From the NCBI GenBank assembly GCA_030749235.1, contig JASMKM010000013.1, positions 41,717-105,716 of the forward strand: a stretch of DNA of 64,000 bases, read 5' to 3'. The notes below the pieces were generated by a model. The model had not been told where the DNA came from. It was given only the letters and a program-made list of their open reading frames with translations, and made no database searches. Shown piece after piece: positions 1 to 8,698 of this stretch (positions within the stretch are counted from its first letter, which is position 1; every line of letters starts with the position of its first letter). A program made the position numbers and the translations under genes. Source of the stretch: Planctomycetota bacterium. GTDB lineage: Bacteria > Planctomycetota > UBA1135.

Positions 1-655
1 CTAGGTCGAGGTCGATTAGGTTGTAGAGCGAATAGTCCCAGAGGTCTTGGATCATGTAGATCGCCAAGTGCATTAGCATGAAACCGAGCACCATCATGCC
101 AGCCTTCAGGTGATGGCTGAAGCGCGTGCTCAACGCGGTGGTGGCGGTGAAGGCCATCAGGATGAACAGGTAGGAATAGAGCGCACCGCGCATCAAGTCC
201 CAGAGGTCCAGGGTCTCGTCGACGCTGGAAGCCAGCGGTACCGACAGGAAGGCAACGGCCAGGAATGGAACAAAGAGCATCACGGCGCCGGTTGCCCAGC
301 GGACGAACAGGATGCGGGCGCGCGAGACCGGGCGGGAAAGCAGCAGCTCGGCGGTGCGTCGGTCAACCTCGCGCGCGACAATCCCGGTGCCCATTAAGCC
401 AGCGGCAGCGATACCGAACATGCCTGCGCCTTTATAGAAATGTTGCACGCAGAAGTAGGCCCAGAAGCCATGCTTTTCGAAGGCGCGCACGAAATCCTGC
501 AGCGGCTCGAAGGGGATGAACTTGATCATCTCTGGGAAGTTGTCGCGCATCTCCGGCCAGTACAAGGCGCCGCCCAACATGTTCAAGGCCAAGAGCAGGG
601 TATAGCCGACCATCAGGAAGCGTTGCTCACGAAAGTAATGCCAAGCGAGGTTCAT
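1..655 (-). CDS. ABC-2 type transporter permease (partial; gene continues beyond window start)
   Basis: Hand translation of the minus strand from ATG 655-653 gives MNLAWHYFREQRFLMVGYTLLLALNMLGGALYWPEMRDNF...FILMAFTATTALSTRF..., a hydrophobic multi-helix sequence. Its ATG overlaps the TGA of the upstream ABC ATPase (ATGA at 652-655). It is open-ended, so it is absent from the ORF track. Confidence 0.6.
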   Translation of the reverse strand, partial: MNLAWHYFREQRFLMVGYTLLLALNMLGGALYWPEMRDNFPEMIKFIPFEPLQDFVRAFEKHGFWAYFCVQHFYKGAGMFGIAAAGLMGTGIVAREVDRRTAELLLSRPVSRARILFVRWATGAVMLFVPFLAVAFLSVPLASSVDETLDLWDLMRGALYSYLFILMAFTATTALSTRFSHHLKAGMMVLGFMLMHLAIYMIQDLWDYSLYNLIDLDL

Positions 656-1509
656 GCGCCATCCTCCTTGCCGCCGGGGTCACCATCGACGTCGTTGCTT
701 TCTACTGGACCGTAAAGCGCATCGAAGACTTCCTCCAGCTTGCCGTGGTAATTCAGCTGCCAGTCGGTGCCTTCGCCGCTCCACGATATGTTGGAACTCT
801 TCGGCAAGGCATGCGCATCTAGCGGCTCACGTAAGGCAAGCTTCACGCTGTGGCCGGCGCGCTCGAGAATGCTGGCAACGGTGTCGCATTCGAGCAGCTT
901 GCCGTTGCGAAGGAATGCCACGCGGTTGCAGACACGCTCGACGCTGGCCAGGTCATGCGACGAGAAAAAGACTGTCTTGCCTTGTGCCGCGGCCGCCTCG
1001 AGGATGGTTTCCAGCTCGCGACGTGCGTCGGGATCCAAACCCTCCATCGGTTCATCGAGGAGGACAATGGGCGTTCCGCTGCAGATTGCCTGGGTGAGCA
1101 GAAGCTTGCGTTTCATTCCGTGACTCAGCGCGCGCACCTTGCGCTTATGTGGCAGCCCGAAGGAATCGAGCATCGCGTAGGCGCGTTCGAACTCGGCACC
1201 CTTGTGGAATGTCAATGCGAACTCGAGCATGGCACGCACCGTCATCGAGTCGTACATGGCCGTCTCGCTTGGCGCGTAAGCGCAGAGGCGGCGGCCGGCA
1301 AGCGATTGCTTAACGGCATCCACATCGCCGAGCCGGATGCTGCCGGAATCGACCCGTGTGAGCCCGAGTAGGCACTTCAGGAAAGTGGTCTTGCCCGCAC
1401 CGTTGGGGCCGACAAAACCGAAGATTTCGCCTTTTTCTACCCGCAGGCTGACGCCGCGCAACACGGATTGGGCAGCGTAGCTCTTATGGATGTTGGTGGT
1501 TGACAGCAT
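652..1509 (-). CDS. ABC transporter ATP-binding protein
   Basis: 285-aa ORF with Walker A GPNGAGKTT, ABC signature LSHGMKRKL and Walker B IVLLDEP. Confidence 0.9.
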   Translation of the reverse strand: MLSTTNIHKSYAAQSVLRGVSLRVEKGEIFGFVGPNGAGKTTFLKCLLGLTRVDSGSIRLGDVDAVKQSLAGRRLCAYAPSETAMYDSMTVRAMLEFALTFHKGAEFERAYAMLDSFGLPHKRKVRALSHGMKRKLLLTQAICSGTPIVLLDEPMEGLDPDARRELETILEAAAAQGKTVFFSSHDLASVERVCNRVAFLRNGKLLECDTVASILERAGHSVKLALREPLDAHALPKSSNISWSGEGTDWQLNYHGKLEEVFDALYGPVESNDVDGDPGGKEDGA

Positions 1510-1557
1510 GGGGCGTTCCGGTCAATTCGGGCGGGCTGGCCGGAACGACGAGCCACC

Positions 1558-4113
1558 CTATGCATGATTGTACGTTGCGGACTCCTCCGACGCCGGCTCA
1601 AGGGTGATGCCCTTGTCGTCGACATCGACCTTGACCAGATGCACACCTTCCAGCTCACCGGCAAGCAGTTTGGTGGAAAGCGGGTTGAGCAGTTCCCGCT
1701 GCAGCAGGCGGTGCAGCGGGCGGGCACCAAAGTCATGGTCGTAACCATGCTCGGCGAACCAGTCACGGGCGGCGGCGGTGACCTTCATGCCAAGCTGGTT
1801 GTTGTGCATCATGCGCGCTTCCACTTGGTTCAATTGCAGGTCGACGATCCTCACAATCACGTCGCGCTCCAGCGGCTTAAAGACCAGTACCTCATCAAGG
1901 CGGTTGATGAATTCCGGACGGAAGTGCAACTTAAGGTCCTCCATGCTGCGGATGTTCGAGGTCATCACCAACAAGGTGTTGGTGAAGTCTACGGTGCGAC
2001 CCTTACTGTCGGTGAGTCGACCGTCATCGAGCACTTGCAGCAGCGCATTGAAGACATCGGGATGGGCCTTTTCGATCTCATCGAAGAGGACCACTGCATA
2101 AGGATGACGACGCACCGCTTCCGTGAGTTGTCCACCCTCGTCGTGGCCGATGTATCCCGGAGGCGCACCAATCATGCGGGCGACGGTGTGTTTCTCCTGA
2201 TATTCGGACATGTCCAGGCGAATCATGCTGTGCTGGTCGCCGAACAGCTCGCCGCTGATTGCCTTACACAATTCGGTTTTGCCGACACCGGTCGGTCCTA
2301 GGAACACGAAGCTACCGAGCGGGCGCTCCTCATCCTGAAGACCAGCACGCGCGCGACGCACCGTCTCGGCAACGGCTTGCACCGCGTGATCCTGCCCAAT
2401 CACATGTTGCTTGAGTAGTTTCTCGAGATGTAGCAGCCGCTGCCGTTCGGTATCCAACATGCGGTCGACCGGGATGCCAGTCCATGCCGCGACGACGGCA
2501 GCGACTTCCTCGCTTCCGACTTCCTGACGCAGGATTGGTGCGTCACCTTGCAACTCCTTCAACTCTATGGCGTTCTTCTCGACAGTTTGCTCTAGGTCAG
2601 GAATCTCGCCGAATCGGATGCGACCAACCTCCTCCAGCTCGCCGCTGCGCTCCAGCTGTTCGGCGCGGGTGCGCAACTTCTCGATTGCGCTGCTCGCTTC
2701 CTTGATGGCATCAAGCTTCTCCTTTTCGTTCTGCCAACGCGCGCGCAGCACCTGTGCCTGTTCTTCGACACCGGCACGCTCCTCTTCTAGGGCAGCGATC
2801 TTGGCCTTGGCATCACTGCCACCTTCGGCCTCCAGGCCGGCTTGCTCAATCTGGTTTCGGCGGATGCGTCTTTCTAGGGCATCCAATTCGGCAGGCATGG
2901 AATCGAGTTCCAGGCGCAAGCAGCTCAGTGCCTCATCGACCGCATCGATCGCCTTATCAGGCAACTGACGATCGGAGATGTAACGGTTCGACAGCTCAGC
3001 AGCAGCGACGAGTGCTGCGTCCGTGATCTTCACACCGTGGTGTACCTCGTAACGCTCCTGCAGTCCGCGCAAAATGGCAATGGTGTCTGCGACGTCGGGT
3101 TCTTTGATTTGCACAGGCTGAAAGCGACGCTCCAGGGCCGCATCCTTCTCAATGTGCTTGCGGTATTCTCCATAGGTGGTGGCGCCGATGCAGCGCAACT
3201 CACCACGTGCGAGCGTAGGCTTCAGCAGGTTAGCCGCGTCGACCGCGCCTTCGGAAGCGCCAGCGCCGACCATGGTGTGTAGCTCGTCGATGAACAGCAC
3301 CACCTCGCCGCTGGAATCCTGCACTTCCTTCAAGACTGCCTTGAGGCGTTCTTCGAATTCACCGCGGTACTTCGCACCTGCCAAGAGGGCACCAAGATCC
3401 AATGCAAGTAGGCGACGCTTCTGCAGGCCAGTGGGTACATCCCCGGCAACGATCCGCAGCGCCAATCCCTCGGCGACTGCGGTTTTTCCTACCCCTGGCT
3501 CGCCAACAAGCACTGGGTTGTTCTTGGTACGACGCGACAGAATCTGCATCACTCGGCGTACCTCCTCATCACGGCCAATGACAGGATCGAGGCGGCCCTC
3601 CCGCGCCAAAGCAGTGAGATCCTGTGCGTACTTTTTCAATGCCTCATCTTGGGATTCAGGGTGATCATTGGTCACTTTGCGATCGCCACGAATTTCGCTG
3701 ATGGCGCTGCGCACGGCGTCAGGGTTGAGGCCCGATTCGTTCAAGGCCTTGCCAAGGGGGGAGTCTGCAGTGACCAGCGCCATCAATAGGTGCTCGGTAG
3801 ACAGGTACTCATCCCCATTAGCAGTGCGGGCGGCGTCGGCGGCCTGTAGAAGAAATGAGAGTTCTTGAGAACCGCGCAGGACGCTACCTTCGACGCGTGG
3901 CAGCTTAGCCAGCGCATCCTCGGCGTGGGAGAGGCAAAGCGCTGGAGCGATGCCAAGCTTGGCCAACAGCGAGGGCACAAGCCCTTCGGGTTGCTCCAGG
4001 AGAGCAATCAAGAGGTGCCCGGACTGAATCTCGCCATGCGACCGTGTACGGGCAACCTGCTCGCAAGCCTGCACGGCTTCGCGGGTCTTTTGAGTCCATT
4101 GTTCTGGGTTCAT
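1558..4113 (-). CDS. clpB: ATP-dependent chaperone/disaggregase ClpB
   Basis: Two AAA+ modules (GEPGVGKTA and GPTGVGKTE), a Clp N-domain and a long coiled-coil middle region. Start moved from 4197 to ATG 4113 ([10 protein letters not shown]), which is preceded by AAGGAGGA. Confidence 0.95.
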   Translation of the reverse strand: MNPEQWTQKTREAVQACEQVARTRSHGEIQSGHLLIALLEQPEGLVPSLLAKLGIAPALCLSHAEDALAKLPRVEGSVLRGSQELSFLLQAADAARTANGDEYLSTEHLLMALVTADSPLGKALNESGLNPDAVRSAISEIRGDRKVTNDHPESQDEALKKYAQDLTALAREGRLDPVIGRDEEVRRVMQILSRRTKNNPVLVGEPGVGKTAVAEGLALRIVAGDVPTGLQKRRLLALDLGALLAGAKYRGEFEERLKAVLKEVQDSSGEVVLFIDELHTMVGAGASEGAVDAANLLKPTLARGELRCIGATTYGEYRKHIEKDAALERRFQPVQIKEPDVADTIAILRGLQERYEVHHGVKITDAALVAAAELSNRYISDRQLPDKAIDAVDEALSCLRLELDSMPAELDALERRIRRNQIEQAGLEAEGGSDAKAKIAALEEERAGVEEQAQVLRARWQNEKEKLDAIKEASSAIEKLRTRAEQLERSGELEEVGRIRFGEIPDLEQTVEKNAIELKELQGDAPILRQEVGSEEVAAVVAAWTGIPVDRMLDTERQRLLHLEKLLKQHVIGQDHAVQAVAETVRRARAGLQDEERPLGSFVFLGPTGVGKTELCKAISGELFGDQHSMIRLDMSEYQEKHTVARMIGAPPGYIGHDEGGQLTEAVRRHPYAVVLFDEIEKAHPDVFNALLQVLDDGRLTDSKGRTVDFTNTLLVMTSNIRSMEDLKLHFRPEFINRLDEVLVFKPLERDVIVRIVDLQLNQVEARMMHNNQLGMKVTAAARDWFAEHGYDHDFGARPLHRLLQRELLNPLSTKLLAGELEGVHLVKVDVDDKGITLEPASEESATYNHA

Positions 4114-4166
4114 GTCTTCCTCCTTTGTTTGGTCGGCCAGGGAGCGGCCAACGTCCGATAACATTG

Positions 4167-4182
4167 AGCAAGCTGCGGGCCA
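4167..4182 (-). promoter_or_regulatory. Candidate sigma54 (-24/-12) type promoter upstream of clpB
   Basis: The minus strand reads TGGCCCGCAGCTTGCT against consensus TGGCAC-N5-TTGCW. GG and GC are separated by exactly 10 nt, and the -12 GC lies about 55 nt upstream of the clpB ATG. This is a motif match only. Confidence 0.25.
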
Positions 4183-4198
4183 ACAAAATACTGCCAAT

Positions 4199-4747
4199 AT
4201 GGCACACAGGCGCTGGCTACACTCTGGAATGGACGATTTGGTCTATTGGCTGTGCGTTGTCGGAACCGTGCTCTTTGCGGGCTTGGGCGCCTTCTTAATT
4301 CCTTTTGGGCTACCAGGGACTTGGATGATTGCGGCTGTTGGTTTGCTTGGCCCAGCCATGGGGCTGGGTTGGACTCCCTTCCTCGTTATGGTGGCCGCTG
4401 CTGGAGTGGGAGAGATCCTAGAACTCCTTACAGCAACAAAGGTTACGAAAAAAGCCGGCGCTGGCAAGGCGGGTATGTGGGGCTGCCTGATTGGTGGATT
4501 CGTAGGGGCCATTTTCGCGACGCCGTTGATTCCGATTCCCATTATTGGCACTCTTTTGGGCTCGTCATTCGGCGCTTTGGCAGGTGCCATCCTTTTCGAG
4601 ATGGTGTTCGCCACCAAGCAGACTCATGAGTTGATGGACATCGGCGTAGGCGCGTTCTTGGGAGTGCTGATCGGCAAGATTCTGAAGATGGCCATCGGCG
4701 CCTTCCAGGTCGTTTATTGGTGTTTGGTGGCGTTTAAGCTGCTTTAA
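4199..4747 (+). CDS. Small integral membrane protein, DUF456-like
   Basis: Gly/Ala-rich multi-TM ORF (FLIPFGLPGTWMIAAVGLLGP...). Start placed at ATG 4199; ATG 4229 is also possible. Divergent from clpB. Confidence 0.6.
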   Translation: MAHRRWLHSGMDDLVYWLCVVGTVLFAGLGAFLIPFGLPGTWMIAAVGLLGPAMGLGWTPFLVMVAAAGVGEILELLTATKVTKKAGAGKAGMWGCLIGGFVGAIFATPLIPIPIIGTLLGSSFGALAGAILFEMVFATKQTHELMDIGVGAFLGVLIGKILKMAIGAFQVVYWCLVAFKLL

Positions 4748-4856
4748 CCCAAATCGGGCAAACTGCAGAATATGTCGGCCGTACACATTGGGCCTCCCGG
4801 GATTTTCGCAGCCGCGGTACAATCTCGGACCCCATTCCACTCCGGAAACAGCACAC

Positions 4857-5678
4857 ATGTTTAGCAAAGCAATTCTTTTAGGCGCAGTAGCACTTGCAGG
4901 CGTCGCACCACTGTCCGCGCAAGTAGAGGCTTCTCCCGAAGCAGCTCCCGAAGCAGCTCTAATGAACAAGGGAACTCAGGCGGTCGCCAAGAACGTGCCG
5001 AAGATCCTTGCCTCCTCCTTCCAAAGCACCTTCGCGATTGATGTCTTCGGCGCAGACGCAGACGCAGAGGATAAGAAGGAGCAGTCCATGAACTTCACCG
5101 TGAAGTTCCAGGACATGAAGAACTGGGCATTGGAGATCTCCATGACCGCCGAGGACGAGTTCGAAGGTGAGGTCACCCAGACGTTCACCGTGATGGCCGA
5201 CGGTTCCTACCTTTACCTGGATTCCCCAGACATCGCCACGATGAGCCAGGGTTTCTTGAACGGTCCAGCAAAGTTGGAACTCGGATTCGTTGAGAAGATG
5301 ATGAAAGCCGAAATGGATTTCGACCTCAACGATGGTGAAGGTGCCAGGTCTAAGCTGAGTGAGGCACTCGGTCAGCTCAGCTTCAAGGAAGAAGGTAGTA
5401 CCGAAGGCAAGCGCCGCTTCCTGATGAATGAGGCGCCCATGACCGGCTTCATGGTCTTCAGCGCCGAGAACTGGTTCTTGGAAAACGCCGAGGTCAACGC
5501 CCCAGGCATGAAGGCCGTCATCAAGGCCAGCGATTCCGCCAAGGTCAAGGAGTGGCCAGAAGGCACCTTCACCTTCAAGCCTGCGGAAGGCGTCGTCGTC
5601 ACTGACGTAACCTCCATGCTTCAGGGCATGATGGGCGGCATGGGCGGCATGGAGCCCGAGGAAGACCTCGAATTCTAA
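4857..5678 (+). CDS. Secreted protein P1 of a paralog array (signal peptide; tail ...GMMGGMGGMEPEEDLEF)
   Basis: Start at ATG 4857 gives signal peptide MFSKAILLGAVALAGVAPLSAQ. The protein is acidic with a Met/Gly-rich C-terminal tail ending L-E-F. It is followed by a strong terminator. Confidence 0.75.
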   Translation: MFSKAILLGAVALAGVAPLSAQVEASPEAAPEAALMNKGTQAVAKNVPKILASSFQSTFAIDVFGADADAEDKKEQSMNFTVKFQDMKNWALEISMTAEDEFEGEVTQTFTVMADGSYLYLDSPDIATMSQGFLNGPAKLELGFVEKMMKAEMDFDLNDGEGARSKLSEALGQLSFKEEGSTEGKRRFLMNEAPMTGFMVFSAENWFLENAEVNAPGMKAVIKASDSAKVKEWPEGTFTFKPAEGVVVTDVTSMLQGMMGGMGGMEPEEDLEF

Positions 5679-5697
5679 GTTCGGTCCACACCCACCC

Positions 5698-5736
5698 GGC
5701 GGGTGCCCCAGACCCGGGGCGCCCGCCTTTTTTTTT
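5698..5736 (+). terminator. Rho-independent terminator between P1 and P2
   Basis: 12-bp GC-rich stem (GGCGGGTGCCCC / GGGGCGCCCGCC, one G-U pair), 6-nt loop, then a run of nine T (5728-5736). Confidence 0.8.
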
Positions 5737-5746
5737 GAGAGTTCAG

Positions 5747-6769
5747 ATGAAGTCTAAGTTCAGCTTCCTACTGCTGGCGTTTGGTGCCTGCACCACACCT
5801 TCAGAGAATCCTGATCCGCTGGCATCGGGCCTGCAGAATGCGAATGAGGTCCAGATCGAGCCAGAGACCTATGCGGAATGGGTGGATAGCCTGCCGGCGC
5901 ATTCCTTGGATTCGACGACCTTTCGCACCAGCGCACAGGGCAAGATTGGGGTGCAAATTCAAGAGGATGGCATGAACATGAACCTGGATATCCAACTCGG
6001 CATCGAGGTGGATTACCTTGACTTGCGCCACTTCCGCGAGGACATCTGGGTGCACGTCGCACTGCCCGATATTCCCGACTTTGCTGGCTTCGAGGATTTG
6101 AGCTTCGCAATCAAGCTTCTCGCCGATGGCGAGAAGCTGTACATAACCCCGGAGTTCCAGGATGACCTGCTCGGCGCGCAGATTGAGGCTGCCGACATCG
6201 GCATCGAGGACATGATTTTGACTCTCGACGCCGACCTGTTCGAGGACCTGATGAGAGTTTATTGGGTGGCCCTGGAAGACGTCGACGTGGATCTTTCTGC
6301 CTTCTTGCCTGAAGGCATGACGGTTGACGAGTTCTTTGAGCGCGGTCTCAATCCGGCTGGTTGGGCGCGCGCTTATATGATGACTTCGAACATCCTCGAC
6401 TTCGTGGTGGACAGCAATGAGGTTCGCATCAAGGCCCAGATGAAGGAGGAACTGTTCGGCAATGCCTTGCTGCTCATGCCCGAACAGAGTCAGATTCTCG
6501 ACGACCTCACTTATGAGATGAGCTTCAACCGCTACTCCGGGCTACCGGCCAGCATGGAGATGGATATGAAGGTCGACGAGATGGTGCAGATGCTGTTCGA
6601 GCTTGACTTTACTGAATTCGAGATGGGCATCGACCTCTTCACGCCCGCGGACTTCAGTGCCGCGCATCTGGACCAGAAGCACTTCTTCCCGGTGGACACC
6701 TTCATCCAGATGGCACTCGCCTCCATTCAAGCGACGATGAACAACGATGATGGCGACATGGCTTTCTAG
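5747..6769 (+). CDS. Lipoprotein P2 of the paralog array (tail ...MNNDDGDMAF)
   Basis: ATG 5747 gives MKSKFSFLLLAFGAC (lipobox LAFGAC). The TTG at 5735 in the ORF track lies inside the terminator T-run. The protein is very acidic and Met-rich and ends M-A-F. Confidence 0.75.
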   Translation: MKSKFSFLLLAFGACTTPSENPDPLASGLQNANEVQIEPETYAEWVDSLPAHSLDSTTFRTSAQGKIGVQIQEDGMNMNLDIQLGIEVDYLDLRHFREDIWVHVALPDIPDFAGFEDLSFAIKLLADGEKLYITPEFQDDLLGAQIEAADIGIEDMILTLDADLFEDLMRVYWVALEDVDVDLSAFLPEGMTVDEFFERGLNPAGWARAYMMTSNILDFVVDSNEVRIKAQMKEELFGNALLLMPEQSQILDDLTYEMSFNRYSGLPASMEMDMKVDEMVQMLFELDFTEFEMGIDLFTPADFSAAHLDQKHFFPVDTFIQMALASIQATMNNDDGDMAF

Positions 6770-7634
6770 TCAGCGAGCGATTCCCGCTCCCATTGCATGC
6801 CTTTGCCTTGTTGCCGCAATCGCTTCGTGCGGCGACGACCCCAAGACAGCTTCCGGATCGTCAGGTGTTGCCGGAGCTGAATCCACACACTTCGGCGACC
6901 CCGCTACCTTGGCTGCAGGCGCCGATACCGCCGGGGAATGGCATCAAGTCGCACGCTCAGACTTAAGCAGGTCGCGTAGCTGCTCTTACACCAGCACCTC
7001 GGCGCGCAGCGGCTCACAGCGTGGCAGCCTGATCCATGAGGATCGCACTCACTTCCTAATCCGTTCATTTATTCCCGTCGCCACCACGAGTAGTGATGGT
7101 GAAGCGGCCGCCACCGAGTTCGAGGTGGTGCGCGCCGTCGACGGCAAGGAGTTACGCATCCTGTTGCCGACGGTACTCGGCACGGCGTCGAGCGTCGCCA
7201 TCTTCCCGGTGGACCGCCTCGACGAACTCGCCGACGTTCGGCCCGGTCATCCACTCCACCGCTTCCGCTTCGAGGCCCTGAACCCTGTGCTGATGGCACA
7301 GGCCCTAGTGGACGCATGCAGTGACGTTGCGAAACTAAACGAGGAGTCCGATGCGCTGCGACTTACCGCCAAGCTCCAGGCCGAAGACTTGCGTCGGCTT
7401 GGCGTGATTGACCTGAACGATCGTGAAGCAAACTTTAAGTTGGAAGTCGAGCTCATGGAGGAGACCGGTAGCTTCCTTGGCTTAAAGGTGCTCGGTGCTG
7501 ACAGTGGAGCCATTCGCTTCCAGCTTCAGTTCGCGGACCTGCCGCCAGATTCACGTCTGCACGAAGAGGCTTTTACTCTTGACATTCCGGCGGCCTACGA
7601 CATCGTCGACCTGTCTCAGCAACTCTCCCGCTAA
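6747..7634 (+). CDS. Lipoprotein P3 of the paralog array (lacks the acidic x-F tail)
   Basis: Lipobox LVAAIASC. Its start overlaps the P2 stop by 23 nt. Shares an ELRI(L/S) motif and an early EW motif with P2, P4 and P5. Ends ...DLSQQLSR. Confidence 0.65.
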   Translation: MMATWLSSQRAIPAPIACLCLVAAIASCGDDPKTASGSSGVAGAESTHFGDPATLAAGADTAGEWHQVARSDLSRSRSCSYTSTSARSGSQRGSLIHEDRTHFLIRSFIPVATTSSDGEAAATEFEVVRAVDGKELRILLPTVLGTASSVAIFPVDRLDELADVRPGHPLHRFRFEALNPVLMAQALVDACSDVAKLNEESDALRLTAKLQAEDLRRLGVIDLNDREANFKLEVELMEETGSFLGLKVLGADSGAIRFQLQFADLPPDSRLHEEAFTLDIPAAYDIVDLSQQLSR

Positions 7635-7646
7635 TTCCCTCCCAAG

Positions 7647-8696
7647 ATGAAACTCCTTCTCCCCTTGATTTTTGCAACCTTGTTCCTCTCGTGCGCCGCA
7701 CAACCGAAGCATAAGGACATCACCCTCGAAGGCTCTGCCGCCAACGCGGCCTTCCACGAGTGGTCAGCGGCCTTGCCTGCCGAGTTCACCTATCCGGTGG
7801 AGTATCGCTTCGACATGACCTTCGGCATTGAAGGTATTGAGGATCTCGCAGGTCAGGAATTGGTTTTTAAGATCGGTGCCGATACGTCGATGGTCTCCGC
7901 ATGGGAATTCCGCATGCAGTCCAAGCTCTCGCTCGAGGTCATGGGCCAGGAGATTGCGGTCAATATCGGTGCAGAATCCAACGCCGAGGAGTTGCGCATC
8001 TCGCTCGACAACATGGAGTTCCTCGCCATGCAAACGGGCATGGAGCCCCCTTCCGGCCTCAGCATCTCCACCGATCGCGTGCAGAAGGTCTGGGACGCGA
8101 TTATGCGCCTGACCGAAGTATCGCTCGAGACGGTTGATGGCTTCGAGGATGTTGGCGCCTTTGCTGATGGATTTAAAGGAGTCGGTGACTTCGTCCACCC
8201 TGCGTTGAACTCGCGTTATCTGGCGATGTCGCCGATGCTGAGCGCGGGTCGCTGGCAGGTGGAGGGTGAGTTCGCGTACGTGAGCTTCGACATTAACCAG
8301 GATCTGTTCATGGAGATGCTGAGCGATCTTGCTAGCGCCGAACTCGCTATCGATATGGACGCGATCAGTCAGGCTGCGGACAACATGAAGATGAGCACGA
8401 CCTTCGATGTGCAGGACGGAAAGATGACGAACATGACCGTGCTAGCATCGCTCTCCTTTAAGGACGACTTCGGCCAGGAGTTGCCGATGGACATCGCCAT
8501 AACCTTCGACAACTCGCCATTGCTTGAACCGGTCACGCCGGTGGAGTTCTCGGACCCGAGCACCGCCATGGACCTGAACACCTACTTCGATGATTACTGG
8601 CCTATGGTCGAGAGCATGATGCCGATGATCGAGAGCATGATGCGTCAGGAGATGGGCGACGATGCCGGCGCCGCCGACGAAGACTTCGAGTTCTAA
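7647..8696 (+). CDS. Lipoprotein P4 of the paralog array (tail ...DDAGAADEDFEF)
   Basis: Lipobox TLFLSC. Clearly collinear with P5 (NAEELRISL/NHEELRISH; GLSISTDRVQ/GMVISADRLQ; GDFVHP/SDIFHP; DLNTYFDDYWPMV/DLNEDFDEMWPLI). Confidence 0.8.
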   Translation: MKLLLPLIFATLFLSCAAQPKHKDITLEGSAANAAFHEWSAALPAEFTYPVEYRFDMTFGIEGIEDLAGQELVFKIGADTSMVSAWEFRMQSKLSLEVMGQEIAVNIGAESNAEELRISLDNMEFLAMQTGMEPPSGLSISTDRVQKVWDAIMRLTEVSLETVDGFEDVGAFADGFKGVGDFVHPALNSRYLAMSPMLSAGRWQVEGEFAYVSFDINQDLFMEMLSDLASAELAIDMDAISQAADNMKMSTTFDVQDGKMTNMTVLASLSFKDDFGQELPMDIAITFDNSPLLEPVTPVEFSDPSTAMDLNTYFDDYWPMVESMMPMIESMMRQEMGDDAGAADEDFEF

Positions 8697-8698
8697 GG

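Noticed and set aside
1514-1547. 8-bp inverted repeat CGTTCCGG...CCGGAACG between clpB and the ABC ATPase gene, as a terminator.
   Set aside because: It has an 18-nt loop and no U-tract on the transcribed (minus) strand, which is too weak to call. It may be a processing or attenuating structure.
5735-5746. TTG start at 5735 for P2, as given in the ORF track.
   Set aside because: The TTG lies within the terminator T-run. ATG 5747 yields a canonical lipoprotein signal (MKSKFSFLLLAFGAC).
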